Positions 39,601-53,269 of a stretch of 64,000 nt of DNA are shown here, piece after piece. A program made the translations under genes and the position numbers. How positions within the stretch are numbered: position 1 is the stretch's first letter; the number at the start of each line of letters is the position of its first letter. A model generated the notes under the pieces. That model saw nothing but the letters and a program-made list of their open reading frames with translations, did not search any database and was not told the origin of the DNA. This stretch comes from Raillietiella orientalis (lineage: Eukaryota): positions 558,001-622,000 of the forward strand of contig JAYWIR010000021.1 of the NCBI GenBank assembly GCA_036172245.1, written 5' to 3'.

Positions 39601-42600
39601 GCGACTTCCCGCTCGCTCCCGGACCGGCATCGTGCGCGGGAAGAAGGGGCACGGTCCACGCAGGAACCTCGGCGGAGGAGGGAAGGAGCCCCCTCCCCGC
39701 CTACGCTCTCACCCCACGGCCGGCCCGCGACTTCGTCAAGGAGGAATCGCTCCGCTGCAGTCCGAAGGGCCAGGGAAGCTCCGAGAGGAAGGGTGGGGGA
39801 CCCTCACTTGCCGTAAAGCACTGTGCCACCCCTTCGGGGTGGGGGTGGGTGGGAGAAATCGATAGGAGAAGGTCCGGGAGAGCACATGACTCCGGAGAGG
39901 CTCGGCGATTGAGAGGAAGCGACGGCCCTCCGGCCACCACCCTCATGACCGAGAGGTCGACTCATTGCATGCCTTCCGGGCGACCGGTACAACGACGTGC
40001 CAAAACGGCCGTCGCGTGTCAGTGTGGCTATGCGGTCACGGGAACCCGCGGGTCAGGTCACCTCAAGTTTCCCGGGGAGAACTGCAGACCTCCCCCTTCC
40101 GGCCTCCAAGCGAAGCCCCGGAGCGCCGGAGGCACCCCTCGCAGAGCTCTCGTGGCGAGCTGTAGCACTGCGAGGTCACGTGGAAAATCCCCTTTCGCCA
40201 CCCCTCTCCGGCTCGTCTTCCAGCGACCTCCCGGTGGGTGCCGCGGAAGAGTGGCGACGACCGGGGCGACACCTCTCGGGTGCTCCTAGGGAGATCAACC
40301 TCGGGAGACCTCGTGTCTCCTTCGCGACCGACCTGTTGTCGACAGGGATGCCCGGAGCCACCGTGGCCTCCCGAAACTTAGGGATGTCCGTCTGAGTAAC
40401 TCCCAGAACGTTCCCTGACCCTTCGTTTTGCTAGGAGCGTCTCTGGGATGCCTCCTTTCGGTTCCCGACTTCCCTAGACGAACGCCTCTGGCAGGGCTGT
40501 GCGTCTCGCGTACCTCCTGCTTCTGCCGTTTGCGCACAAACATCGGGAGAACAGGGGGAGGGGTGGCCTGGGAAGGCCGGGTCGCGGAGTGCTTCGCCTG
40601 GTAGTGCTCCCGAGGGAACGCAGATCGCCGGCCTTGGGCGACCGGCCCGGCCCCCCTGAGGGTCCTCCACCCCGCCGGGGATCCGCTCGGAGATTTCCCT
40701 GGGGGCCGGGCTCGCAGAAAGCGACTTCGGGACCCTGTCATCGACCTGCCACCGATGCGCAGCACCACCTTGCAAAAGGACAGCTGTCCTCGTCCACTCA
40801 GCTGTTTCTTTCCCTCGGCTCCCGCCGCCCCATTCGCCCGCCGGCTACCCATGAAGATGCTCGAGAAGAAAGGATCTCACCATGTGCAAGCCCAGCAGCA
40901 GCAGCGTGTGTTCTTCCTCCTTCCGGCTTTCCAGAAGCGCCGGCGGGCGAGACGCGCACGCGCCGAGCGTTTTTCCTGCCGCCGGCACCGGCGATGCGGA
41001 AGTGCGGAGCGCACGCGCCGTGGCAGAGGCAGCCGCCCTCCCCGCGTTCATCACCGTTCCCGGTTGCAGACCGCGTTCTCCTGCGGACCTCCACGACAGA
41101 CCTCATGGATATTTATAGACTCGACACTTTGGTTTTCTCAGACTGGACGTATTTATAGTCTTTATAGTCCCGTGGATATTTATAGCCCGTATTTATAGAT
41201 TCTCCCGTGGATAAGAGAAGCTCGTCTGTTTACCGGTCTGCATCTCGCTACCGCTCTTGCCAGCATCTGTGCTAAGCAACTCATCCTCCACAAGGATGGA
41301 GGGAAGCCTAAGGCTGTCAAAAACTGGCGGTCTGCCGGGCTTTTTTGGCCATTCGGTCTGCTTATCGCCGGCCATTTCGAACGGACGGGCGTTGAGGCCT
41401 TCCTGATGTCCTTCCTCCCTAATCCAGTTGCGAGCAACAGAGATGGATTCAGCGCGATTCTGTGAGCTGATTCGGAAAATGAAGCCTCGGATGCCTTCGG
41501 GGTATCGTGGAGATTACAATCTCCGGATTAAAAAAAGGAAGAAGGAGAGTCGCATCTTCGTGTCTCCTGGAATGATGAAAATCGGAAGGACTCTCGTCGA
41601 CGTAATGGGATGATGCAACCGGAACACATTCGGCCGTCTATGGCGCGCAGCGTTGGGAAGGAAGGAAGGATTCCCGGCTCCTCCCTCGGCTGATTCCCTC
41701 CGCTTTTCTGAGTCCGAAGTGGACGTCCTTCCCGTCCTTCTCGGTCGCGACCACCAGCAGAACTTGACAGCATCCCCCGTCGATTTCTAGCAGCATCTCC
41801 GAACCTCCGGTTAGGGCGATGAGTCCCTGTTGGCGCGCATGTTGGCGCAGACGACCGACTCGGCAACTGGGACGTAGCCCCTCACTGCGTCAGTTGGCAC
41901 CGCGGACGTCCCTGCCTGCTGGCGGCCGTACGGGGAAAGTGAAGGATAGGGCGAGCAAGTGCGCGCGGACGGTCGGCGCCCTGATCTCCTGGAAACGATC
42001 GCGTCAGCCTCGGTGTTCCCCCGGGTGGGAACCTCTTCTGCCTGCCAGGATCCCTGGCTGCTCGTTCGGCAGCAGGGATCCGAGGGACGCCGCGGAAAGG
42101 ACGAACGAACTTTCTCCTGGCCCGACCACCCTTCTCGCCCACCGTCCGTCAGCCGTCGTCGCCTCGCTCGGTGCATCCAGAGAGAAGCGTCTGCTTTCTC
42201 CCACCCCCACCCCACCTCCCCTCCAAGAGTCGGTTCCCGCCTCTGGTGCGCTCTCTGAGACAGAGTCCGGGCCTCGGAAGGCATCGGCGTCGAAGGGAGC
42301 GCGTGGCAGCTAGGCGGTTTCTCTCCATGAGAAACGCCGCCCTGGACCACAAGAATCAGTCGGACGCCCCCGCTGAAACCGCGAGGTGATCTGGCAGCTT
42401 CCCCTCTCGTCTGCCTAGCCGCCGCCTGAGCTTCGGACGGTTCGTCGGAGCGGTGTGCTCTTCTTCGCTTTGGGCGTGCACCGCGAGACCGCTCCGAGCT
42501 TGGGCTGCGGGCAGGAGACGAGTGACGAGACGTTTCCTTGGATGCAGGCAGTGCTCTCGCAAACCAGGGAGTCTCCTCAGCTCTGTTGGGAGGGCTCGCC

Positions 42601-45600
42601 TGCGCAAAAAGCAGCCGGAAGCGCTTTCAAAGACAGCAACGGCATCCTCGAACATCCCTGGCAGGACAGCCACCCCCGCCCTGGTCCAAGATCTTCGATC
42701 TTTCTCTTTGCTATCAGCACAACAATGGTGCCCGCAGACCTCTTCAAGGCGATAAAGGCGCTCTCTTCGGGGAGTGTCTTCGCTTCATCGTAACACCACC
42801 GACGGCGAGGGCGCCGATTCTGGGATGAGCCGGGTTTTCCGAGGGATCCGATGGTTTGCATCCGATGGTCTGCATGCTACGGGGGATCGTCCCTTTGCCT
42901 GGGGACAGCTCGCTTCCTCCTCCATCGAGAGATGAAGAGGAAAAGTGGTGGATTTGTCAAATTCGGTTGTGAATGCAGCCGGAATCTCACCATCCGAGGG
43001 AAGCTGAAGAGAAGCCTCCGCAGGCAATCCGTAGTCAGGAACGGAGACCGCCCTCCTCGCTTCAGATGCGCCAGTGTAATGGTAACACTGCTTTCCGGAG
43101 TCCGAACCGGTCGTGCTCGCGGGAGCCCACGAACGCCCTTTTGCCCGGGCGACGGAAGTCCCGCTTCCCGCGCAGTCGCGTGTGCGCACGCTTTCTTGCC
43201 TGAGGAAGCGCTCGCGCAGACGAGGGTGGAGTCCAACCATTCGAGGGGAGTCCCCCTCTCCCCTCGAAGAACAACGCGAGGCGGACTCTGCTGTGGTCTC
43301 TCTGTCCAGTACGGGGTGGTGCTGGCGCGCCTTCGAAGGGCATCTCTGCAACCTATGAGCTTCTCCATGCCCACGAAAGGTGGGGGTGAGGGGTCCTTTG
43401 CTTCTCTCATGCGTGCAGAGGGATCCCGCGCGAGATTCCCTTCACCTGCCTCCTTCACCATCCGGAAGGTGTTCTCCCAACATCCTGGCCAACCCCCCCC
43501 CACACACACAAACATACCTCTTCCCATTCGAGCAAAAAGCAGGCTTCCGCCAGGGCCCCGCGCCCCTCGCGAACTTTTCCGTCCTTCCGGGACACACCGG
43601 GGCCGCGTACTGCGAAGTCACAGAACTGCGCCCGGCTCTGCTGCAGGGCCACTCCTTCGCCTCCTCCAGATGGAAATCTGCCGGCTCCCGCGCCTCTCCC
43701 CGTGAAGCTTTGCTGCCCCCACAGAGCCGCTTACGGCTCCGCCTCCCGGACGAGAGAGTGAGAGAGAGAGAAAAACGAGTCGGGGTGCGGCAGCCGGGTG
43801 CTGACGCCGTCGTAAAAACCCTGCGGTCCGCGGATGCTCGGGCAGAGGGCAGCTGCGCAACGGCGTCTCGTGTTCTTTCTCGGAGTGGTGAATCGGCGGG
43901 AATCCCCTTGAGAGCGTTTCTCCTCCGCTCGCGGCGCATGCGTGCTCGCGCTTCCAAGTTTCCTTTCCTCGGACAGGACTCTTCGAGTTCCGCAGCAGTT
44001 CCATGACGGTCAGCAGACTGGTTGCTTCTGGATACGTTCAGCATTACGCAAACGGCCTTCATCCCTTGAGTCTCGTTGGTCGTTTCCGAAGCAGCCCGTT
44101 CGGTTGCTGGCTCACCTCTCTCGCGCCCGCCTCAGCGACATTTTCGCATCAGAGCGCCAACACTGCATCGCCCCCCTCTTGCCTTTCACACTTGGCGCAC
44201 TCTGGCAGAGGAACGCGATCACCTCTTAGGAGAAAACGGGACGCTGCAGCGAGACCGGCTGCCGCTGCGCTCATGGCGAATGACCCCGGAAGTGCAGCAA
44301 ACAAGCTAAGAATGCTCCGCTCTTTCCCTTTGCTTCCCTCTGCAAGAGGCAGCGCCGCCGCCTGTCTGCACCCTCACTTTTTGAAGCGTCACCGTTCGCC
44401 GTTTCTCGCACCCTTCTCGCTGCCTTCCTCAGCGGGGTGCCTCTCAAAGGCGTGCGTGCGTGGTGTTCGGAAACTTCCCTCAGCCTGAGGGTGTGCGCAT
44501 GTCGTTGAGCGAAGAACCGGACCTTGCGCGTTCTGAAAAGAAGAGAGACGTGAGAGGTGGGCTCTGGCACTCTACCTCAGACTGACCACGCAAGGCAAAG
44601 CGAACGAAACCCCACCGTTGCTGGGTCGTCGGATCCTCTCTGAGGAAACGAAAAGAGCAATGAGTCAGCCCAGCGAAAGAGATGCTGAGGTCCTCCCCTG
44701 CTTGCTAGCAGTTTCCTCTCGACCGATAAAGACTTCCAGAACAGCGGACATTCAAACCAAGTTCGTTCAGTGCGCGGAGGCGTGTCGGATGGTGGACCAC
44801 GGGGACTTCCGTGATTAGCGAAATTGGAGATCGTTGTAGGAGGAGGAGCAGTCAGCAGCGTCCATGTTGCAGCTCGTTCAGAGAGCTTCCGGTCAAGAAA
44901 CCAAATCCTGTCTAACGAACGACTCTTGGAAGATCCCTGAGACCCATGAAGGCGTGGACCAGAAACACTTGCGCGGCCTGCACTCCCGCGTGCGCGGTGT
45001 CGAAAATCTCTCTTTGGGAAAATCAGGGTGTCCAGTGAGCCTTCGATGACCTTTCCATGCAGTCTTGAAAATCAGTCTCCTAAGCGACCGAGATCAATTC
45101 TGAGGTCGAATGTGCATCCGTCGTCCAAGATGCCTAACGAGACCGTGTCGCAGAGGAACGCTGAAGATCGATATCGCACTGGAAATCGACCAACGTCTTC
45201 AGGTTCTCCGACCGCCTCAAACAACCAGGCATGCGACATGAAGAGAGCCAGGAACTTTCCTCCTCGTTTCTCCACGAAGAGCCGCCATTTCTCGCCCGAA
45301 AGCGGGATGGAAGGAAAGCGGTCGCTTTGAAGAACTCCCTCGAGGAGTCGCACACACAAACGAATGGGAGGTGTTGCGCGAGAATTCGAACTTCGTCTCG
45401 AGGTGTCCATGGTTGATACTGCCGCCTCGCGAGCAAGAGATGAAAGCACCGGATTTGAGAGACGGCGCGGACTTTCAAGACGAGCGAGAGAAGACTTGCA
45501 CCGCGGAACAAGCGCGATTTGAAACATCAACAACGGACAGAAGCTTCCTTGTCCCGCGTCGCGCATCCGAGGTCGTTGCTCTCTGCGCGCATTGCGGACG

Positions 45601-46698
45601 TTTCAGGTGGAAGACACGCGGGGCGTGCTGAAACACCTGACGCGGCTGCCTGGGGTGCGTGGGTCGAGCGGCATCGCTGCAGCAAGGAGCTGTTGCCGCT
45701 ACTGATCTTTCCCTCCATCTGGGAAGAAAGCGAAGATCTTCCTCAGCAGAGGTCCCCGCTGCTTTAGAGGGCTCTTTGGAAGCAGGAGTTCCGTAAGCAG
45801 CTTTGCGTTTGCTCTCCGGATGGATGCGGCTGGATCACCCGCTGATTTTTTTTTTGTAAATCGAAAATTCAGCGTCATTGGCGGTTCCTCTCTAAGCCAA
45901 GATCTCGTCGGTTAGCCATCCGCTTGCCCAACTTGCGGATGCTGCAGCGCCGTTCCAAATTCTTCCAGGATGAGCGCTCCCACTTGCATTCGCTTCGAGG
46001 TCCGAGGAGCACACCCCGAAGCAAAGGCGAGTGGTTTGACCCCTCTTCCCCCTTCGCTGCCGAGTGAACTCGCCGGTCTGCGTACCGGTCACACTCGGCG
46101 GGTTCTGAACATTTTCGGACGTTGTAGGGCCGATGACCCTACACCCGTATGTTTATTAGTTTTATAATAAACGCCCCGGCGCGACTGGGTGATAGCCGAA
46201 GCAAAGCCCACGCGCGGAGGTGGTGCGGTTTCGCTCCCATCCATCTCTTTCTCTCACTGCCCTACGCAGAAGCCTCCTTGATTCCCGTGTGAGGACTCCC
46301 CAAGGCGTGCGACCGCAGTGCCGAACGGAACGCGCACCTCTTTCTGACGTCAGCGGAAGGAGTGATCCGTCTCCTCCCGTCCGTAATCTTGCACTGTGGT
46401 TCGCGGCTTCACCGCGCTGAAAGCACCTCCTGCCGTCTGATAGGCGAAGTAAAGCAGTGCAGCGTAGGGCCCGGTTGGTACCTGAATGGGCCCATACTTT
46501 AACATTAAACAAAAAAAAAAAAATTTCTCCCTCTCTCCCTCCCGCACAGTGCTCAGAAGGAGCGCAAAGAACGCCAAAAGAGCGACGTGCGCGCGCGACG
46601 ATGCTCCACGTCAGGAGAGGCAGATTGCTTCAGACTGAAATGCAGCTGGGAATTTCATCAATGAAGATGCTATAAGATATTCCATCTTGCGTTTCTAG

Positions 46699-46859
46699 AT
46701 ATTATATTCAACTTCTGTACTTCCTATGTCAACAAAAAGGGTGAAGTCGTGACTAGTATTAAATCGATCGCCTCCCACTACTTCCGCAGATGGTTCGTTG
46801 TGGACCTCTTAGCCGCGCTACCATTTGACCTTCTCTACGCTTCAGATGTTTACAGCAGG
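46699..46859 (+). CDS. Elk: Elk exon (probable exon 6), end of S2 through S3
   Basis: ttctag|AT ATT...AGC AGG|gtaagt; encodes DIIFNFCTSYVNKKGEVV...HYFRRWFVVDLLAALPFDLLYASDVYSR; 161 nt, phase 1 to 0. Confidence 0.94.
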
Positions 46860-48154
46860 GTAAGTGGCAAAGTTCGAGTCCCTTGGAGCGCCGCGCGCGG
46901 AGGACCGGCCAGCCGCGGGGGAAAGGTCGAAGGGGAGGGAGGCTTCCCGGAGCGCAAGCGATGCTGGGGTCGTTGCTGCGGGGCGGGTGGGAGGCCGGGC
47001 TTGCGCGTTTCGCACGCTTAGTCAGAAGGGTACAGAGGCAGCATCCCGACGAGCGCGCGCGCGCTCGGTCCGCGAGGATCAGCTCGAGCGGCTGCGGACC
47101 AGAGGGATGCCCAGCTCGTTCCCGGGGAAGCGGAATATCACGAACGGAGAGTCTCGCCCGCGGAGCGTCGAAACGAAAGATGCGGGCGGCGGTGCGCCCT
47201 GTGTCCTCCGCTTTCCGCCCCTGCGAGCGGGCGGGAAGGGAGGGTGGGGGCGCCCGACCGACGCGGAGGGAGGGGAGCGGATCCGGACGCAGAAGCTCGG
47301 ATTTGCCCCGTGGCGAAAATCCCACGACCCCAAGAGTCTTCCTCTGATGGGACAGAACAGTAGCTCGTCCCCTCCTCCGGCGAACACGGTGGTCGCCGCC
47401 AGTACCACGGAGGGCTGCAGCTCGGGTCAGCCGCTAGCGCCTTAGCCCGTTCCAGGAGGGAAGAGGGAATTTTGCAGCCCTGAGGAGTTTTGCCTCCGGC
47501 GAGGCGAGGGAAGCCAGCGGGCTCGGTAAAGGGAGAGACGCCGCCCAGATATTCACCGACCGTTCTCCGATTGCGGGGACTTTCTTGTTGCTTCCGCAAC
47601 GTTTCCCGGACACCGTCGTCGCGTCCAGGGCGCCTGAGGAAGAAGCTCGATCGGGGACGGCGCGCACCCTCGTCCAGCCGAGGTGACGGTCGCCCGACGA
47701 CAAGATGGCGTGGCACTTGACCAATCTAAAGAAGAGCGCATGCCGTCTTCAGAGGCGAAAAGAGTGGCCCCAAGGGGATCTGGTGGAAACCAGGGGCCGC
47801 TCCAGCTTTCTGACCCAGTGAAACGAACCTCAGAGGGAAACTTTGGAAGGAGAAAGACGTGGAAAAATGCTCGAGGAAGAGGAAAGCTTCTGCCGTCGCT
47901 CGAGGGGATTTGGTCCTTCACCGTGCAGGGGGGAGGGAGGGCTGTGTGCGTTCGTAGCAGCAAGAGGTCAAATCGGATTGGACTGCGAGGTTCCCGCAGC
48001 CCCCGCGCGCAGATCCAGGGAAGGAAGAGGGCTGATGTGCAAGGAACCCGCCAGACCATGCCAGGGATCCCTTTGATTTTTCCGCCCCAAGGAGATCCAT
48101 TAGTCCGAGGGAGGGACCGCGTCGTGGCAATCCGCCCCCTCGTGATCAAGCGGG

Positions 48155-48244
48155 TTCTTCCGGTTTGCAAGGCAGCAGCAACCCTTCGATGCCACTCACT
48201 TCTTCCGGTTTGCGAGGCAACAGCAACCATTCGATGTCACTCAC
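48155..48244. repeat. 45-bp tandem duplication (2 copies)
   Basis: ttcttccggtttgcaaggcagcagcaacccttcgatgccactcac followed by ttcttccggtttgcgaggcaacagcaaccattcgatgtcactcac (4 mismatches). Confidence 0.9.
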
Positions 48245-51200
48245 CGGTATCGAAGGGTACCTTACGAATGATCGAATGCGAAACCGAGAAGCATGTATGG
48301 CGTGAGATCGTGCGAGGGTCGCGCGTTCCTCCGGATGGGGGAAAGGGGGAACGCGAGCGGGCGTCCTCGATGGTTCTCGAAATTCGTGGAGCCGAACCAG
48401 TTCCACGTAATCCTTCCACCAGTCCCCTTCGTCGGGAAGGACTTTGCCGTGTTCCTTCCGCCCCCGTCGGGAGCACCCGAGGCGATGCGCTCTCCTCTCC
48501 TGGCTAGCGGCCGACATTCCCACGTGACCCGCTGTCGAAGACCCCACGCCTCGATACGGTGGTGGACGCACGATGCCGCGTAAGCTTCAAGAGCAGGGAG
48601 GAAGCAGGCGGCGTTAGGAAGCTTCCTTGCGGGAGGAGCGGTGGTCGGTGGAGACAAGGGGATAGGGGAGGACGAATCCCAGGCCGCCCATGGGAAGGCG
48701 ACGCTCCGGATTCCGTCTACGGGGAAGACGGCTGGGCGCAGTCGGATGCAGAAAGTCGGAGACGACGCCGAGCGAACGCGGAATGGATGAAGGAACGAGA
48801 AGACGGAAACCGGGAATTGGGGACCCCGGAAACCCACGGCGCAAGTGCGCGCGCGCACGGTCGCCGATGGAAAAAAAAAGGGAAAACGAAATCAAGGAGT
48901 TCCGCGTCTGGAGGAGAAGCGCGCTCCCTCCTCCAACGGTCGCTCCCGAGACGACGCGGCCCAGCTGCAGGAGGAATCCTCTGCGGCTCGGGGACTCCTC
49001 CTTGGACCGAACATCTCAGCGAGGCCGGGACGTGTTCTCGGCCGGTATGAGATGCCCGTGTTTGTTTTCCCTCGCAGTCCGGAGCGAATCCCAATGCTCG
49101 CGCCCGTCCCACATCTCCCTCCCCCCCCCCCCTTGAGCTTTTATACACACTTGTCACACCTGGGATTCATCCCGGATTTTCTTCAGCCCGCAGTGGAGGG
49201 GAGGAGGGATTGTATCACTTTGTCAAAGCCTCTGGTCTCAGGGATGAAACGCGTTCATCCCTTCGAACGGCGGCTCCCCCTCCTCAGTCTGACAGGCGAC
49301 ATGGGGCAGACTTCATCTGCCGATGCGGATCACGCGGGTGGTGCTTGTGGGCCTCGGGACGTGTTGGGGCGAGGCGCGCCACGCCGTAATGTCCCTGCTC
49401 CCTCGTTGTTGCTGCCTAAATCTCTCGTGAGCCTTGGATGTAAGCGGATGGGAGGGGGGGGGAAGGAGGGCTTGCTCGCATCCTCAGATCCGGACTTCCG
49501 CTCCCAGAAATCCCTCATCGACGTGCGAGTGTCACCGTTTGCATTTTCGCACGTGACAAAGATGGCGGTCGTCACACACACTGGGAGCGCGCGCTGCGTA
49601 GAAACGTCGCTCCTCCCTCGTAGAGTTGCCGCCGCGCTTCAGCCCTTCGGTGACCCCGCCCGCCTCGCCTTTAGCTCTGCATCGGCACGGGGCACGGCTG
49701 TGCAAGTAAGGGACAGGGGCTACCGGGCCAGGGCTGTTGTGCGCCGTCCTTTCCGTTCAGAGCCGGCGCCAGCGATCTCCGCCTTCACTTCCGTTCCGAG
49801 GTGAGGCCTCCTGGCAGCCTCCCTCACGCAGGCGGACTGCTGCTCTCCCTTCTCCAAGACATGGCGGATCAGGACGGCGGCGCGGGCGAAGCATATCGTC
49901 ACCATTGTGGCACCAACCGAGAGAGCCTGCCACGCCCGCGAAGAACCACCCCAGCAGGTCACGGGCGGTGTCCTCTTGGAGGACAGGAGCGCTGACGCCA
50001 GCCTCCGGCGCAGTTCGCGGAAGGCGCCGCAGCCGCTCAAAGCTGGTGCGGCGGCGAGGTAACCCACACCTGGCGCGCCGCACTTGGAGGACGCGAGTCC
50101 ACCGAAGATGGGGGTGGACTCCGGGATTTCCGACGTAGATACGGCAGCACCTCGCGTTTCTATTCAAGCGGGAACACCGAGGTGTTCCGGAGAGAGAAAG
50201 GGACCACCATCTCGGACCGTGGACTTGGTCCCAGCGCCAAATAGCGCGTCTTCCGGGCCGCCAACGAATATCCACGGAAGCGGTCACAGTGCAGTCCCTC
50301 GCTTCGCCTTGAGGTGGTGCCGTCATCCGTCCGTCGGGCGGCGGTGGACGACGATGCCGTGTGTCACGTAACGGTCCAGTGAAGTCCACGGACGGGTTCC
50401 GCCGATTCGTGTATCCAACTTTCTCCTCCCCCTCCTTCCCTGTTCCTGCAGTCTTGCATTCAGTGCGCGAGTTAGGGGAGGGGAGGGAGAACTCTTCCCA
50501 ATGCGACCTCGTCTTCGAGAGATGAAACGCAGGCCGGAAGATGCACTCTCGCAGGCTGCGGCGTAACCGAGGTTTCCTGACGGGCGCTCCTGGATCGAAA
50601 AGTCGCGACGGGGAGGACGCGATGCGTTCGCAGGTGCCGTAGAGGGCAAGGCCGGGATCTCCCGGGCAACCCTTGCCTCGAGGTACAGAGGGATTTCGGC
50701 GCAACGTACCGCCCAGTTACCCTCTCCCTCTTCCTGGATCGTCCGCGTGCTGGAGAGTCCGCGAGCGGACCGGGAGGGTTGCTGCTCCCGGGGTCCCTCC
50801 CGTCTTCGGGGGACAACTCGCCCCGACGGCGGATGACAGCGACGGCGTCTTCGCCAGCAATGCTTCGGAGGTCGGTCGCCAGTAGCTGCGAGGGCAGCAC
50901 GTGGACGAGGCGAGGTGCCCCGCCTCGCCTCCCACCCGGGTGCGCACAGTCCTTGAGCGCGCGCCAGAGCAGGAGGATGGGACCTCAGGTTGACCGTGCC
51001 TCTGCCTTTCGTCGTTGGGGAAGGAAGCGGAGTTCGGAGACCTCGTTCCTCGTTTGGTCCTCCCCTCCTCCCCCTTCCTTGCTCCCGCCGGTCGCTCGAT
51101 TCCGGACCCTGAACGCCCCCGGCGGCTCGGGAGGGAGGGGATCTGCTGTCCGTCGTTCCCTCTTCCCCGCCACGGAGCGCCGCTCCCTTACGAAGGAGAT

Positions 51201-51340
51201 CTTCAAGAAACGGAACAGGTTGACCCCTCGAGCAAGTAGGGGGGGGGGCACTCCCCCGCTTTCCAGGAGCCGCCGAGTTCCTCCCGCGGGAGCTAAGCTG
51301 CCGCCGCTCCGCTCCTCTCAGAAGGTTCGTCTCCTCCCAG

Positions 51341-51545
51341 GACACGCTCATCCACATGCTGAAGCTCACCCGCCTGCTGAGACTGGCGAGGCTACTGCAG
51401 AAGATGGAGAGGTACTCCCAGTACTCGGCCATGATCCTCACCCTTCTGATGCTGCTCTTCTCGCTGGTCGCACACTGGCTAGCCTGCATCTGGTACGTCA
51501 TAGCCGAGGAAGAGAGGCGGGTCAACGGAATCAACTGGAGCGCCG
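51341..51545 (+). CDS. Elk: Elk exon (probable exon 7), S4-S5
   Basis: ctcccag|GAC ACG...GCC G|gtaacg; encodes [52 protein letters not shown]; 205 nt, phase 0 to 1. Confidence 0.95.
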
Positions 51546-51600
51546 GTAACGGTGGGGCAGGAGGGCATCTCGGCGACGACGGTGGCTCCACCGCTTCCAG

Positions 51601-51780
51601 GATGGGTCCACGACCTGGCCGAGAGGCTGGACATATCGGTGGCGAACATAACGATCAGGGATTCGTACGTCACCGCCCTCTACTTCACGTGCTCCAGCCT
51701 CACCAGCGTGGGCTTCGGCAACGTCTCCGCCAACACCACCGTGGAGAAGATCTTCAGCATCCTCGTGATGCTGATTGGAG
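51601..51780 (+). CDS. Elk: Elk exon (probable exon 8), turret, pore helix, GFG filter, start of S6
   Basis: ttccag|GA TGG...GGA G|gtgggt; encodes [10 protein letters not shown]...[38 protein letters not shown]; 180 nt, phase 1 to 1. Confidence 0.95.
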
Positions 51781-53269
51781 GTGGGTCTTTGGCCGGCTCT
51801 TGCGCGGCCGGGCAGGGCGCTCCGTCGCGGGTGACAGACGCCACGCGTCACGTGACGCTCCGGGGAAGTCCCGCTAGCCCTCGGGTCCCGATTCCACCTT
51901 CCATTATGGCTCGCCTCCCGCCACTCGCGAGGGGGGGAGGAGCCATTCCAGGAAGGCGGGGTGGAAGCTTTCCCCTGACTCCCGGTCAGCTCCCCGCGGT
52001 GCGCGCGCGAGGAAAGCCGGAAAAGGGTCGGTCGTTGTTGTCTCGGAGACCTCTCGCGCGGGACCGTTCGACTGTGGCACGCAGCCCTCTGCTCCCCCCT
52101 CCAGTGAGGCCCGGCCGGATTTTCTGGAAGGACGGCCGTCTTCGCGCGCCACCGTGGAGTGCGCAACCGCCCTCCGCCCGGTCGACGCGCGTCGCGCTAC
52201 TCCCTGTCGCTTGGCGCTGCGGAGTGAAACGCCATCACGGAACGGAGGAGATTTGGTTGCGAGGGCCGCCTCGCCACGGCCCTGCTCCCTCCCCGACCCT
52301 AATGCCCCGTCCTCTGGCTCGCCCTCGCCTCGGCCGGCTCCCGAGCGGCTTGCACGGCACGCCGCGGGGAACCGGCGCGCGCCGGAAGGACGCGCGGCTG
52401 GCACGAGAATCCCACGAAGATCACGCGCCCTTCTCTCCCTTCCCCCCTCCGCGAAGGGATGCTCTTGCTTGCTAGGGAGGCGCCCCAGAAGTCCCCGGTG
52501 TTCAAGAGGAAGAAGTCGCGCAGCTGAGCGGGAGTAGAGATTCGCGCGTTCCCGGAGGGCGCCTCCTAGCCCGCCTCCCGCTTCCTCTCGGGAGGGGGCA
52601 TCCTCCGTGATCCAGCTGCCGCGCCCCCCGTTGCGTGCGGTCCGGCGGGGATCCGCCGCGCGCGGAATTTGCGGCGCGGGCATCCTCCGAATGCCGCCGG
52701 CGCTGATTGGGTGCGGCGCTTCCTGCGCATTCGGTCGGCTGGCGACTCCGGTCCGAGCGCCACGGAGCAAACGAGCGACGGCTCCCTGTTGCCAGTCTCG
52801 GCGGTTCCCCGGACGAAATCCCCCCCTCCCCTTCCGAGACTGCCCTCCGGAGCGCCTGCGCAGCCGCCGTGCAGCTCATTACCTTAATGCGACGTCTCCT
52901 GCGCTTATCCGTGCGTGCTCCCCCGCCAAGCGCCCGATCCGGTCGAGCGCTCCGAGGGACCGCTGCTGCGCACTCCCCCTCCGTCCCCTCCGTTCGCTCG
53001 CAGGTTGTCCTCCGCTTGGGCGGATCCCATCCCCGCACTCCTCCTCCACGTCGCTCCCCTGCTTTCCGTTTCTTCTGGGTCCCCGGCGCCTGCTTGCCCG
53101 CAAGGTCGGTCGTCCCGCCCGGTCGAGAGTTCTTCCCCCCCGGTGGTGCTTCGACTGCTCGGAGCACCTCCGCGCCGAATGCAGGCGCTTCTCCCAGTCG
53201 CCACCAGGCGGTGTGCCAATCAGGCGCCGCCCCCCGATCCGAAGAATCCTTCGGAGGGGATTGGCTCAG

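Noticed and set aside
42570..43120. Non-LTR RNase H relic (minus strand, HYTGAS...LP...FTTEF)
   Set aside because: Too degenerate to call without a profile search.
44640..45300. CR1/L2-type RT relic (plus strand, KSCLTN, AFD)
   Set aside because: Only two very short motifs; insufficient support.
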